DNA from: Hyalangium minutum
GTDB taxonomy: Bacteria > Myxococcota > Myxococcia > Myxococcales > Myxococcaceae
DNA: 64,000 nt
Assembly: GCF_000737315.1 (NCBI RefSeq)
Contig: NZ_JMCB01000008.1
Coordinates: forward strand, 310,001-374,000
Direction: 5' to 3'
Below the pieces are notes generated by a model. That model saw only the letters and a program-made list of their open reading frames with translations, was not told the origin of the DNA and did no database searches. Shown piece by piece: positions 38,835-48,111 of the stretch (the first letter of the stretch is position 1; each line of letters starts with the position of its first letter). Both the position numbers and the translations under genes were made by a program.

Positions 38835-40583
38835 TCGCGCGCCTTATCCGGCTGCCGTGGGGCGCCGTTATCGACGGCTGGCACGTCCTGAAGGAACTCG
38901 GCGACGGCGGTTTTGCTGTCGTCTACCTCGCCGAGAAGAATGGGCAGCGTCGGGCGATCAAGGTGGCGCGGCACCGTGACGCCAGCGGGGACGACAAACA
39001 GACACACGCTCGATTGAAGCGCGAATTGACGGTTCTTTCGATGCTGGACCATCCGAACATCGTCGAGCTTTGTGGCCATGGGTACGCGGAAGCGGGCAAT
39101 TTCTACCTTGCCCTTGAGTATGTGGACGGCTGGACGCTCGGCGAGTGGAAAGAGCGCAAGCACCCCACCTTTCACGAAATCTTGAGCGTCTTTGTGAAGA
39201 TCGCCGAGGCCCTGCTCTACATGCACAGCCGGGGCATCCTTCACCGAGACTTGAAGCTCGCTAACGTGGTGATCCGGAAGAGCGACGGCAAGCCGATCAT
39301 CATCGACTTTAGCTGCGCGACCTACACGCAAGCGGCGGACCTGACCGAGAGCGGATTGCCTCCCGGAACGGATCGGTTCCGCGCGCCCGAGCAGTTCAAG
39401 TTCCTGCGCGAGCACAGAGACGAGCACCGGGCACGGTACGCCTTCCAGGTGGCCGACGAGATCTTCGCAGTCGGCGCGATGCTCTACGAGCTGCTGACGG
39501 ATCCGCGACCGACAGAAGCGCGCGCGCGGGAGACTCTGAACAACCCCTTCGACCCGCCTGCACCCGCGAGAGATCTGAATGCTCGCGTTCCCGAAGCGCT
39601 CAGCGACCTAGTCGAGAGCATCCTTTCGCGCGATCCCAACCTGCGACCCGTCGATACCGAGGCACTTCGGCGCGAGCTGGCCGAGCTTGAGGCAGATCCG
39701 GGAGCTGACTACCAAGCGCCCGCGCATCCCCCGTCAGAGCAGCGGCAGCCCCAGCCGGTCGGTCAGAAACCGGGCCGATGGAGCAAGCTGCGTGCGTTGG
39801 GCGGCAGGGTGGTTGCCGACGTTCGCCGCTTGGGGAAGGTGCTCGCGGCAGGCGCGGTTGCTGCTGTCGTGCTCGCTGCTGTCGTGGCTCTCTGGATGCT
39901 CCCCAGTGCGCAGACGCTCCCAAGCGCCGCGCCTGCCGCCCGTCACACCTGCCCCTGATATGTCACCTGCCCCCGCGCCTGTGGTGGTCACAGGTCCGGC
40001 CCTCGCCCCAGAACAAAAGGAAGGTGCAACAGTGAAGACACAGCCACCCGAAGCCCCGAAGCAAGCACGCAGCTCGCGCGAGCGCGGGCAAAAGGCTCCC
40101 CCAAGCGCGGACGTATGCAAGGGGCTGTCGCTAGCCGCTGCCTTCGCTCTCGGGTGCACCGGGGTTCCCGTCAAGCCCGATCCGTTTACCTGCCCCGAAG
40201 GCGCTCAGCGTGCGATGCGCGAGCTTCACTGGAACGACGGCGATCGCTTGAGTCTTCTGATCGACGACCGGCACGGGGTGGAGGAGAACCTTTGGTTGCG
40301 CCCGGGTGACACGGTCGTCGGGGTTGTTCCGGAGTACGCGCGCGGGCAGAAGGCAGCCCCTCCAGGAACACGCTTTCTCGGGGGGAAGGTGTACGTCGTG
40401 CCCGAGAAGACGGCGAGCGGTCACCCGGGTCGAATCATCGTGAAGTACGAGCGCGTGAAGCTGCCGCGTCAAGACGAACTGCCCGTCTGCTTTGTCGTCG
40501 ACACGACCGCCGACGAGTTGAAAGACGGTGCCGGTAGAACCGCGAATGGCGACGCTGGACTCGCGGTCGACTGGTGGCCTTGA
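38831..40583 (+). pseudogene. Ser/Thr kinase, frameshifted after the TM segment
   Basis: Kinase frame 38831-39958 (GDGGFAVVY, HRDLKLAN, DFS). The C-terminal domain continues in another frame to 40583; shift near 39915-39935. Confidence 0.75.
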
Positions 40584-40747
40584 GAGTACCCCCGCAGGTT
40601 GACCTAGCGGGTAGGCGGTCAAAATCGGCCGGTTTTGAGCGGGACGCTATCCGACCTAGCAGGGCGTTCAAACCGGCCCCATCTAGTGGGTAAGTAAGCT
40701 TGTCTCGCGCTGGCATGGTGCCCGCGCGATCGAGAGGAGGATCGAGC

Positions 40748-41884
40748 ATGTCAGCAATCGAGTTCAGGCTTCCCAAGGGGGCGATTCTGTTCTCCAAGGG
40801 CGGGTTTTCTTACGAGTTCCGCGCGGACTTGGGCGAGGCGCATCACGGCCTGAGCCTCTTTCTCGCGCGGCGTCGCACGCCGGAAGGGCACCCTCGCGGG
40901 AAGGTGCTGCTCAAGGCGGTCGGGAGTCCGCGCGGCGGGGCTCAGGAAGGGCGGCGCTTCGACAAGGCACGGGCGAAGCTCGAAGAGCAAGTGCGTCTCG
41001 CGACGTACCTTCAGCACCCGGGCATCCTCCGTGTTCACGATCTGCACAAGACCGAATCGGCTTGGTACGTGATCACCGACCATCCGGCCGGGCAGGATCT
41101 TGACGACCTGATGGGACTCGCGACCGAACTAGACCGATGGTTCTCGCCCTTCTTCACGCTGTACGTTGGCGCGGCAGTCGCGAGTGCCCTTGAGCATGCG
41201 CACAATACAACGGACGACAAGGGGAACCCGCTCGGTATCGTCCACCGGGCGATCGACTTGGGGCACATCTTCGTCGACTGGGAGGGTCGCGTTCAGGTCT
41301 CCGACTTCGGGCTCGCACTCTCCACACTGCCGGGCCGCGTCGCCTCCACCGTCCGCCGCCCGCAGGGAGATAGCTACTTCGCGTCGCCGGAAATGCTGCT
41401 AGGCGGCAAGGTGGATGCACGCTCGGATCTCTTCGCGCTCGGGCTCGTCATGCTCGAAATGTCCACAGGGAGGAGCCTGCTCGATACCGATATGGGTGTC
41501 TCCGACGCGGCAAAGGCGGCACTCTCGAAGAAGCAGCTCGCCCGCGTGAAGCGCGCGATCAAGCGCGCCAAACTGGCCGGGTGTGAGCCGACGATCGAGC
41601 AGACGATTTGGCGCGCGGCGACCTATACGCAGGGCGACATTGACGCGGTTACAGCGAAGCTCCCCGAGAACCTGCGCGTGCCGCTGAGCAGGCTCCTTCA
41701 GCACGACGCGGCAGCGCGCTATCAGTCGGCGGGAGAGCTGGCGACCGAGCTGCGCGGCTGGCTCTCACAGGTGGACTTTGGCAAGTCTCAAGCTGCCGCC
41801 GAGCTGAAGAAGCTGAAGGCGGACGCGGGCGCGGTCATGGTCGACTTGGAGTTGCAGCGCACGGACGACAGCGCGTCGGCCTGA
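40748..41884 (+). CDS. Ser/Thr kinase-like protein (probable pseudokinase)
   Basis: Kinase fold with DFG and YFASPE, but the catalytic loop reads HRAIDLGHIF instead of HRDxKxxN. Confidence 0.8.
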   Translation: MSAIEFRLPKGAILFSKGGFSYEFRADLGEAHHGLSLFLARRRTPEGHPRGKVLLKAVGSPRGGAQEGRRFDKARAKLEEQVRLATYLQHPGILRVHDLHKTESAWYVITDHPAGQDLDDLMGLATELDRWFSPFFTLYVGAAVASALEHAHNTTDDKGNPLGIVHRAIDLGHIFVDWEGRVQVSDFGLALSTLPGRVASTVRRPQGDSYFASPEMLLGGKVDARSDLFALGLVMLEMSTGRSLLDTDMGVSDAAKAALSKKQLARVKRAIKRAKLAGCEPTIEQTIWRAATYTQGDIDAVTAKLPENLRVPLSRLLQHDAAARYQSAGELATELRGWLSQVDFGKSQAAAELKKLKADAGAVMVDLELQRTDDSASA

Positions 41885-42090
41885 GCGCCCCCCGGTGCCG
41901 GTCCCCGCTGCCCTGGGGCCGGTTGGGTCGTAGCAGCGCCCCGCCATGTTGCGTCTATGTCGCGTGAGAGCGCGGAATGGGCTGGAACGGGGCGGGACTA
42001 CAGGGGATGCGGCGGGATCTCGATTCCAAGTCGTTCCGGGCGGTTGCGAGGTAAGGGCGCGATTCCGCTGGGAGTTTCGCACCGTCCGGA

Positions 42091-42115
42091 GCGGGTTCGA
42101 TTCCCGCCGCCTCCA
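42091..42115 (+). repeat. tmRNA-3'-end-like att core, copy 4
   Basis: GCGGGTTCGATTCCCGCCGCCTCCA. ATGTYGCGT direct repeats at 41946 and 41957. Confidence 0.85.
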
Positions 42116-42124
42116 TCCCGCGAA

Positions 42125-42365
42125 TTCCCATCAGCACCGTCACCAGCACGTTTGCCGACGCCACCCGCTCCACCTGTTCCACCAGCTGCCGCACCGCCGG
42201 ATCCGGGCCCACCCTCCCGTGGAAGCACGCCGACTCCGCCGCCCGCCACCGCGGATCGAAGCGCACCTCCGTCTCCCCACCTGCAGCACCCTGTTCAGCG
42301 GCACCTCCGCCTCGTACAGCCGCCCCCTTCAGGTACGTGGCGTTGGTGGAGCTCAAGTCCCTCAA
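42125..42365 (-). pseudogene. Internal fragment of an FHA-domain sigma54-dependent activator
   Basis: LSSTNATYLKG (FHA-like), then after a frameshift FHGRVGPDPAVRQLVEQVERVA (start of the AAA domain). Cut off beside the att core. Confidence 0.55.
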
Positions 42366-42456
42366 GCCTCCGTTATCGGCGAGCTAGGCGCGGGAGCGGG
42401 AGGCCCGGGCTCATCGGTGAGCCCTGATGACTGGAGGCGGCCCAGGGAAAACCCCA

Positions 42457-42816
42457 GGTGGCCAGGACTCACCGGTCAGCTCTCTCGAACAGCCCCACAT
42501 TGCTGGAATCGCGCATGCGGCCAAGTCTCACCAGTGAGACTTTTGGAACAGTCCCCACCACCGGGAACCGGCATGCGGCCAAGTCTCACCAGTGAGACTT
42601 TTGGAACAGCGGCGCATCAGCGGGGAGCGCGACGGGCCCAGTCCACGATCGTGGACTGTCCCAGTCGTGTGCGGCGAAGACTCACGCCTGTCGATTCAAG
42701 GGGTTGGCCGCTTGTGGCTGCCTCGCGCCTCATGCCCCTTGCCCGTAACCCCTCGGCCTTCCAGCGCTTTTCTACGACAGTCTCCCAACGTAGACGAATC
42801 GTCCACGATCGTGGAC
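42457..42816. repeat. Palindrome cluster: about 58-nt tandem units with AAGTCTCACCAGTGAGACTT, plus the perfect palindrome CAGTCCACGATCGTGGACTG
   Basis: Palindrome A at 42523-42542 and 42581-42600, with a degenerate copy at 42457-42492. Palindrome B at 42639-42658, with its 16-bp core at 42801-42816. Confidence 0.9.
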
Positions 42817-42954
42817 TGTCTTCGGGGGTGGCTCATCACAAGCGCCTGTTTTTACTCGGACTCAGGCCGTGGCACTCCGCGTGCTCTAGGGCCCTGCAAC
42901 CGCAACGTCAAGCGGCCGGGGACGCAGGGTGCGTCTCCCAGGAGAACCCCTCTC

Positions 42955-43701
42955 ATGTTCACTCTGTTCAAGAGCAAGGAAGCCACCCGCGCCGTTCCCG
43001 AGGCCCCCTTCGTCCACCGCGCCATCCCGGACGACATCACCCTGGAGCAGCTGGGCTCCGAGCTGCGCCAACTGTTCGCCCAGGAGAACTCCAACCACCA
43101 CCGCATGGGGGAGATCTACAACCACATCGTCGAGAAGAAGCTGGCGGAGGCGGCCGGCTACAAGGACTCGACGGAGTACTTCCGCAAGGAGTTGGCGGAC
43201 CTGTCCGTGGCGTCGCTGAAGATGTACGGGGCGGTGGCGGAGAGCTTCAGCGAGCCGGTGGCGCGGCGCTTCGGCGTCACGTGCCTGTCGGTGCTGCTCA
43301 CCTACGCGGAGGCCACCGGGCTGGAGCTCAACCACGAGGAGCCGGGCCCCACCCCCATCGAGGTGCCGGACGAGCACGGGAACGTGGCGGTGCAGCCGTT
43401 CGGCGCGTGCAGCGTGGACCAGATGCGCCGGGCCCTGCAGCGCAAGCGCCGGCCCACCTCCACCAAGCCCCTGCCGCCGGAGAAGGTGGCGCTGGCCGAG
43501 CAGTACTCCGCGGCGGTGGCACAGCGCTTCCCCAAGGGCAAGGGCACCCAGTTGAAGGTCAAGCTGCGCAACCAGAAGGGCAAGGCAGTGCTCGACATCC
43601 AGGGCATCCCCCTGGAGCAGATCCTCCAGCTCGTTGAAGCGCTCTCCGCCGAGCTGCCTCCGGTGAGCACCGGAGAGAAGGCGCCGGTGCAGCCGTCCTG
43701 A
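42955..43701 (+). CDS. Hypothetical 248-aa protein downstream of the palindrome cluster
   Basis: AGGAG RBS then ATG 42955. Strongly host-like codon usage, helical, basic C-terminus. Confidence 0.8.
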   Translation: MFTLFKSKEATRAVPEAPFVHRAIPDDITLEQLGSELRQLFAQENSNHHRMGEIYNHIVEKKLAEAAGYKDSTEYFRKELADLSVASLKMYGAVAESFSEPVARRFGVTCLSVLLTYAEATGLELNHEEPGPTPIEVPDEHGNVAVQPFGACSVDQMRRALQRKRRPTSTKPLPPEKVALAEQYSAAVAQRFPKGKGTQLKVKLRNQKGKAVLDIQGIPLEQILQLVEALSAELPPVSTGEKAPVQPS

Positions 43702-43865
43702 TGTTCCGTCCGTGAGTCATGGCCCCGCGTTCCAGAAGCTCGGGACGCGGGGCCTCCTTCTCCCCGGGCTACCTGAGGCTGCCCTCATGTCCGACGCGTT
43801 CCTGCCCGCGCTGTTTCCCGGCTACGCCCGCAGCGTGCAGTGCCAGCACATCTTCCTCGACATAA

Positions 43866-43939
43866 AAGTGTCGTCCGGAGAGAGGAAATGCTGGAGCCAG
43901 CAGCCTGAGCGTCCCTACTCTTGGGATAAAACGCCTACA
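43866..43939 (+). repeat. 74-bp dispersed repeat, copy B
   Basis: 67/74 identical to 29036-29109. Ends at the ATG of the next ORF. Confidence 0.85.
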
Positions 43940-44694
43940 TGGCTCAGCATCTCATCAGTGCAGGGACGGATATCGCCTGTGTGGGCATCTGGGATGCGGG
44001 ACTTGCCCCATCGGCACGTCCGATTGGGGACAAGGATCTGGCTGCGAGCGCGGAGCGCGGCGAGGTTCTTCCAATACAAACACACGCGGACGGAACATAC
44101 CTGTTGAGAATCCACGTGGATGAGCCGTACGTGCCACCTCCTGCACAGCGATTCGAGACGATGGGTCGAGAGTTCGGGCTGAACCTCGGCTCGGGCACTG
44201 CGCTCGTCGGCGGGTGTGAGGATTTCCGAAACCCACGCCCGCAGATCACTTTTGCTGCGGACCGATTCCATGTGGAGCCTTCCTGGTATCGGGTGCAGGT
44301 TCATCTGAACCGGACAGACCCAGAACTGCTCGAGCGGCTCGCTCACAGGGAAGCAGAGACGGCCTTGAGCGAAGAGGAGAACGTGCGCTATCGCCAACTC
44401 GGAAAGGACCAACACCGGGCGCTCTTCTTGGGGCTGGGAGCTCTGGGAACTGCCATCTTGTCCGGTGTGATTCGAGGCACTGCCGGTGTCATGGGCGGAG
44501 GCGTTGCCGTGCTGCTGGCAGGGGCGGCTTTCGCGTTTGCTCGCCGCGCCAAGAAGGCCGGCTACGACTCGCTGCATGCTCGCTATCAGACCGCGCTCGC
44601 CGCCGCGCATGAGCCAGATGTTGTGCTCGTACTACACCGCACGGGTGAACCCATTCCAGGCGGATCCGTCGACTTGGAGGCCACGGCTTCGTGA
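43939..44694 (+). CDS. Hypothetical membrane protein
   Basis: 251 aa with two TM helices near the C-terminus. No family recognised. Confidence 0.6.
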   Translation: MAQHLISAGTDIACVGIWDAGLAPSARPIGDKDLAASAERGEVLPIQTHADGTYLLRIHVDEPYVPPPAQRFETMGREFGLNLGSGTALVGGCEDFRNPRPQITFAADRFHVEPSWYRVQVHLNRTDPELLERLAHREAETALSEEENVRYRQLGKDQHRALFLGLGALGTAILSGVIRGTAGVMGGGVAVLLAGAAFAFARRAKKAGYDSLHARYQTALAAAHEPDVVLVLHRTGEPIPGGSVDLEATAS

Positions 44695-44883
44695 CGCGAG
44701 GCCCTCTGGTACACAGTTCATCGAGGTCCTGACCCGCTCCTCTATGGAAGCGGCGGTAATCGAAACTGCGGCTTCCAGTTCTGGGAACTCCTCTCGCCGT
44801 GAATCTGCGAGCTTCTCACCACGGCTTGGGCCCGCCCCTTCGGGCCTCAGAAAAATGGGTCGGCGTGGCGTGTGTCGCGCGGG

Positions 44884-45585
44884 CTAGGGCAAGCGGACGC
44901 CGCGCTCGGCCTCGAAATGGCGCCGCCAGCGCGCCCGCAGGTTGCTTTGAGGCACTCCGTGAGGCTCGTCGAGGAACTCGGCGGCGAGGATGCGGTCGGT
45001 TCGAAAGTGCCGGAAGGTCGATCGAAGCTCGCACCAGGCGGCGAGCAGCCGCACCGTCTCGGCATAGCCGATGACGACGGGCCAGATCGTCCGCTCGCTC
45101 TCCCGGCCATGGTCGTCCCGATAGCGGATGTGGATCTTCCGCCCGCTGCGGATCCACGCGCGGGTGCGGGCCATGTCCAGCCCATCCACGGCGGCGCTCA
45201 TGGGCGGCGGGGCGCCGATGGTCGGCTCGGCGATGAACGGGCGCAGCCGTTCCGGCACGACCGCGGCGATCTTGGCCACGAGGTCTCGCGCCGCGCTCGC
45301 GAGCTCGGCGTCGCTTCGCTCGGCGACCCACTGCGCGCCGAGCACCGCGGCCTCGAGCTCAGCGGGCGTGAGCATCAACGGCGGCATGTCGAAGTCGCGC
45401 TCAAGTACGTAGCCCAACCCCGCCTCGCCGCGGATCGGCACCCGCTGTCCGATGAGGTCCGCGACGTCGCGATAGACGGAGCGCTTCGACACCTCCAGCT
45501 CCGCGGCCAGAGCGCCAGCCGTCACCGGGCTGCCGGAGCGCCGGAGAATCTGGATGATCTGGAACAGACGATCGGCGCGGCGCAT
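44884..45585 (-). CDS. YafY-type HTH-WYL transcriptional regulator
   Basis: MRRADRLFQIIQIL...EVSKRSVYRD...GEAGLGY, IRY...RTIWP...AWCELRSTFRHFRTDRI. Confidence 0.92.
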   Translation of the reverse strand: MRRADRLFQIIQILRRSGSPVTAGALAAELEVSKRSVYRDVADLIGQRVPIRGEAGLGYVLERDFDMPPLMLTPAELEAAVLGAQWVAERSDAELASAARDLVAKIAAVVPERLRPFIAEPTIGAPPPMSAAVDGLDMARTRAWIRSGRKIHIRYRDDHGRESERTIWPVVIGYAETVRLLAAWCELRSTFRHFRTDRILAAEFLDEPHGVPQSNLRARWRRHFEAERGVRLP

Positions 45586-45679
45586 GGGGCGGTTTCCTGC
45601 TGACAGCATGCTGGCAACAGCCCTTCGCTACAAGCGGGCCACGGTCACAGCAGTGGCCGCCCCCCGAAGGAGGACACGC

Positions 45680-46081
45680 ATGAACTTCGTCTCAATCCGC
45701 CTGATCACCGCCGACATCGACCGCCTGGTCCGCTTCTACGAGCGAATCACTGGCCTGCCGACGACCCGGTATACCGAGGATTTCGCGGAGCTGATCACCT
45801 CGGCCTGCACCCTCGCGATCGGCAGCACGCGCACGCTCCATCTGTTCGGCGGCAACGTCGCCCGGCCTGCCGACAACCACACCGCCATCATCGAGTTCCG
45901 CGTCGACGACGTCGACGAATCGTTCCGAATACTGGCGGACGTCATCGGCGGTTCCCTGGTGCAAAAGCCCACCACCATGCCGTGGGGCAACAGATCGCTG
46001 CTGTTCCGCGATCCCGATGGCACCCTGGTGAACTTCTTCACGCCGGTTACGAAGGAAGCGATCGCGAAATTCGCTCGATAG
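45680..46081 (+). CDS. VOC/glyoxalase family protein
   Basis: FYERITG, IEFRVDDVD, PWGNRSLLFRDPDGTLVNF. Confidence 0.9.
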   Translation: MNFVSIRLITADIDRLVRFYERITGLPTTRYTEDFAELITSACTLAIGSTRTLHLFGGNVARPADNHTAIIEFRVDDVDESFRILADVIGGSLVQKPTTMPWGNRSLLFRDPDGTLVNFFTPVTKEAIAKFAR

Positions 46082-46187
46082 GCGCGGTCTGTCCACCACC
46101 CGGGAGCATCACTCGGGCGGCCCCATGAGCGGCCCTCCTCGGCCCCTCTGCACCCTGGTTCCCCCTCAGAGAGAAAGGACATCCTGA

Positions 46188-46221
46188 GTGGAGGCGGCGG
46201 GAATCGAACCCGCCGCCTCCA
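46188..46221 (-). repeat. tmRNA-3'-end-like att core, copy 5, forming a perfect 13-bp hairpin
   Basis: + strand TGGAGGCGGCGGG-AATCGAA-CCCGCCGCCTCCA. The minus strand reads GCGGGTTCGATTCCCGCCGCCTCCAC. Confidence 0.85.
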
Positions 46222-46346
46222 GCGCGGGTCTGCTGTAGCCTGCTCTCATAGGCCCCGATCCCACAAGCAGGCAGGGGCTCCACGGGGGCCCCGTGGGAGG
46301 CGAACGGTAGCGTGTGCCCTGGCGAGGTGTGGCTGGGGAGGGGTAG

Positions 46347-47530
46347 GTGGGAACGCACGTGTGGGCGTACCGGCGAAGGCAGCCGGAGGGGACGGTGCTG
46401 TACGAGGCGGTGCGGGAGAACCTGGCCAGATTGCTGGCGGAAGCCAGCGAGGTAGGGCGAGGCCTGCCCCGGTACGTGGAGCGAGACTTCGCCAGGTACC
46501 TGGAATGCGGAGTGCTGGCGCACGGCTTCGCGCGGGTGCGCTGCGAGAGTTGCAAGGACGAGCTGCTTCGTCGCCTTCTCGTGCAAGGGCCGAGGGGTGT
46601 GCCCGTCCTGCAACGCGAAGCGGGCGCATGTGACGGCGGTGCACCTGGTGGAGCAGGTGCTGCCGCACGTGCCCTACCGGCAGTGGACGCTGTCCTTTCC
46701 GCACCGGGTCCGGTGGGTGCTGCTCAAGAACGTGGGACTGCTTTCGGACGTCCTCACCGTCTTCCTGCGCGCGGTGTTCGCCCTGCAGCGCCGGAGGGCA
46801 CGGCGACAGGGTCTGCGCGCTGGGCAGGTCGGAGCCGTCTCTTTCATCCAGTTCTTCGGCTCCGCCTTGCAGGTAACGCCGCACTTCCACTCGCTGGTGC
46901 CGGATGGCGTCTTCGTGCCGCGGGAGGGCAGCGTGCGCTTCGAGCCGTTGCCGCCGCCCACGCAAGGTGAGGTGGAGAGGCTGCTGAGGGTGGTGCGCCT
47001 GCTGGAGAAAAGAGGGGCCCTGCCCGCGCAAGGACCCGAGGATGCGCTGCAGGCGTACCAGGCGCACTCCCTGCAGCAACGGCTGCGCTGGACGGAGGTG
47101 GACCGCCGGCTCCCTCCCAGCAAGCAGCCCCGGTGCGCCTTGCTGGAAGGCTTCTCCCTGCATGCCAATACTCACCTCCATGCCAACGACAGGCAGGGGC
47201 TGGAGCGGCTGTGCCGCTATGGAGCGCGTGGCGCGCTGGCGCTGGAGCGCCTGTCGCGAATGGAGGATGGCCGCATCGCCTACCGCATGAAGCGCCCGCT
47301 GCCGGACGGCACCACGCACCTGCTCTTCACCGGGCTGGGACTGTTACGGCGTGTAGCGTCCCTGGTACCTCCGCCACGGGCAAACCTCACGAGGTTCCAC
47401 GGCGTCTTGGCTCCAGGCGCGCAACTGCGGCCATTTCTGGTCCCCCGAGCGGGAGGGGAGGAGAGGAGCGAGGCGCCCCAGGCAGCGGCCAGCACGGAGC
47501 CGATGAAGGAGAAGACGCCGCGAGGAGACT
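46347..47530 (+). mobile_element. IS91/ISCR-like (HUH Y2) transposase, frameshifted and 3'-truncated
   Basis: [16 protein letters not shown]...[11 protein letters not shown] zinc domain, [18 protein letters not shown] (HUH), [15 protein letters not shown]. +1 shift near 46568. Confidence 0.9.
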
Positions 47531-47766
47531 TCGCGGATCGGCAGGGCCCTTTTCCCGAGGGAATTGCGTATCCCATGCCCGAGAAGCCATTCAAGGAGCA
47601 GAGCAAGCCGCCGTGCGTCGAGGGCCGGGAAGAGGAAGTCCGGGGCGGATGCTGGATTCCCCACGCGAAGACCGCGCCCTGTTCCCGAGGCACGGCCGAG
47701 TTGCAGGGCAAGTGCTACGTGCCCGTGAAGAAGCCGGACCCGGCACCGACTTCCGTTCAGCCCTGA
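47531..47766 (+). pseudogene. Cys-rich C-terminal tail of a myxobacterial kinase-type protein, fused in frame to the IS91 fragment
   Basis: [15 protein letters not shown]...GGCW...C...GKCYVPV, similar in pattern to the tail of the 30441 kinase (GACW...C...QQACYVPV). Confidence 0.6.
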
Positions 47767-48035
47767 AGCTGTAACGAAGCGGCTTGAATGAAGAGGCGGT
47801 CGTCTTCCTGACCGAGCCCCTCGCCGCACACTGGCGCGGCTTGCAGGGGCCTTTGCTCCTTCCTGGCTTCTCACAAGGTGCGAAACGCGAACCGAGGTGG
47901 GTCCACTGACATGTCATTGGGTCAGGCCCACCCTTCATTTGTTCTTACAAATCGAGACAACGTCTTGGACCGGTACTGGCCCTGAGACACCTCTGGCGTG
48001 CTCTGGGCTCTAGGCTTCGTAGTGAGAGGGATGCG

Positions 48036-48063
48036 TGTAACCCAAAAAAATCGGGCCGCGTAA
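48036..48063 (+). promoter_or_regulatory. Possible ECF-sigma promoter
   Basis: TGTAAC-N17 (A-tract)-CGTAA, about 50 nt upstream of the 48112 ATG. Confidence 0.4.
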
Positions 48064-48111
48064 CCCATTCATCGTCGCCACCACTCCACCAAGACATCCG
48101 AGAATAAATCA

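Noticed and set aside
41885-42120. Complete tmRNA or tRNA gene at any of the six cores
   Set aside because: No matching 5' acceptor strand (GGGGGCG...TTCGAC), no D or anticodon arms and no CCA end upstream or downstream of any core. Only the 3' portion is present.
42457-42610. CRISPR array (37-39-bp palindromic repeat with about 20-nt spacers)
   Set aside because: The spacers resemble each other (CCCCAC...GGAA.C), there are only 2-3 units and no cas genes. Better described as a tandem repeat.
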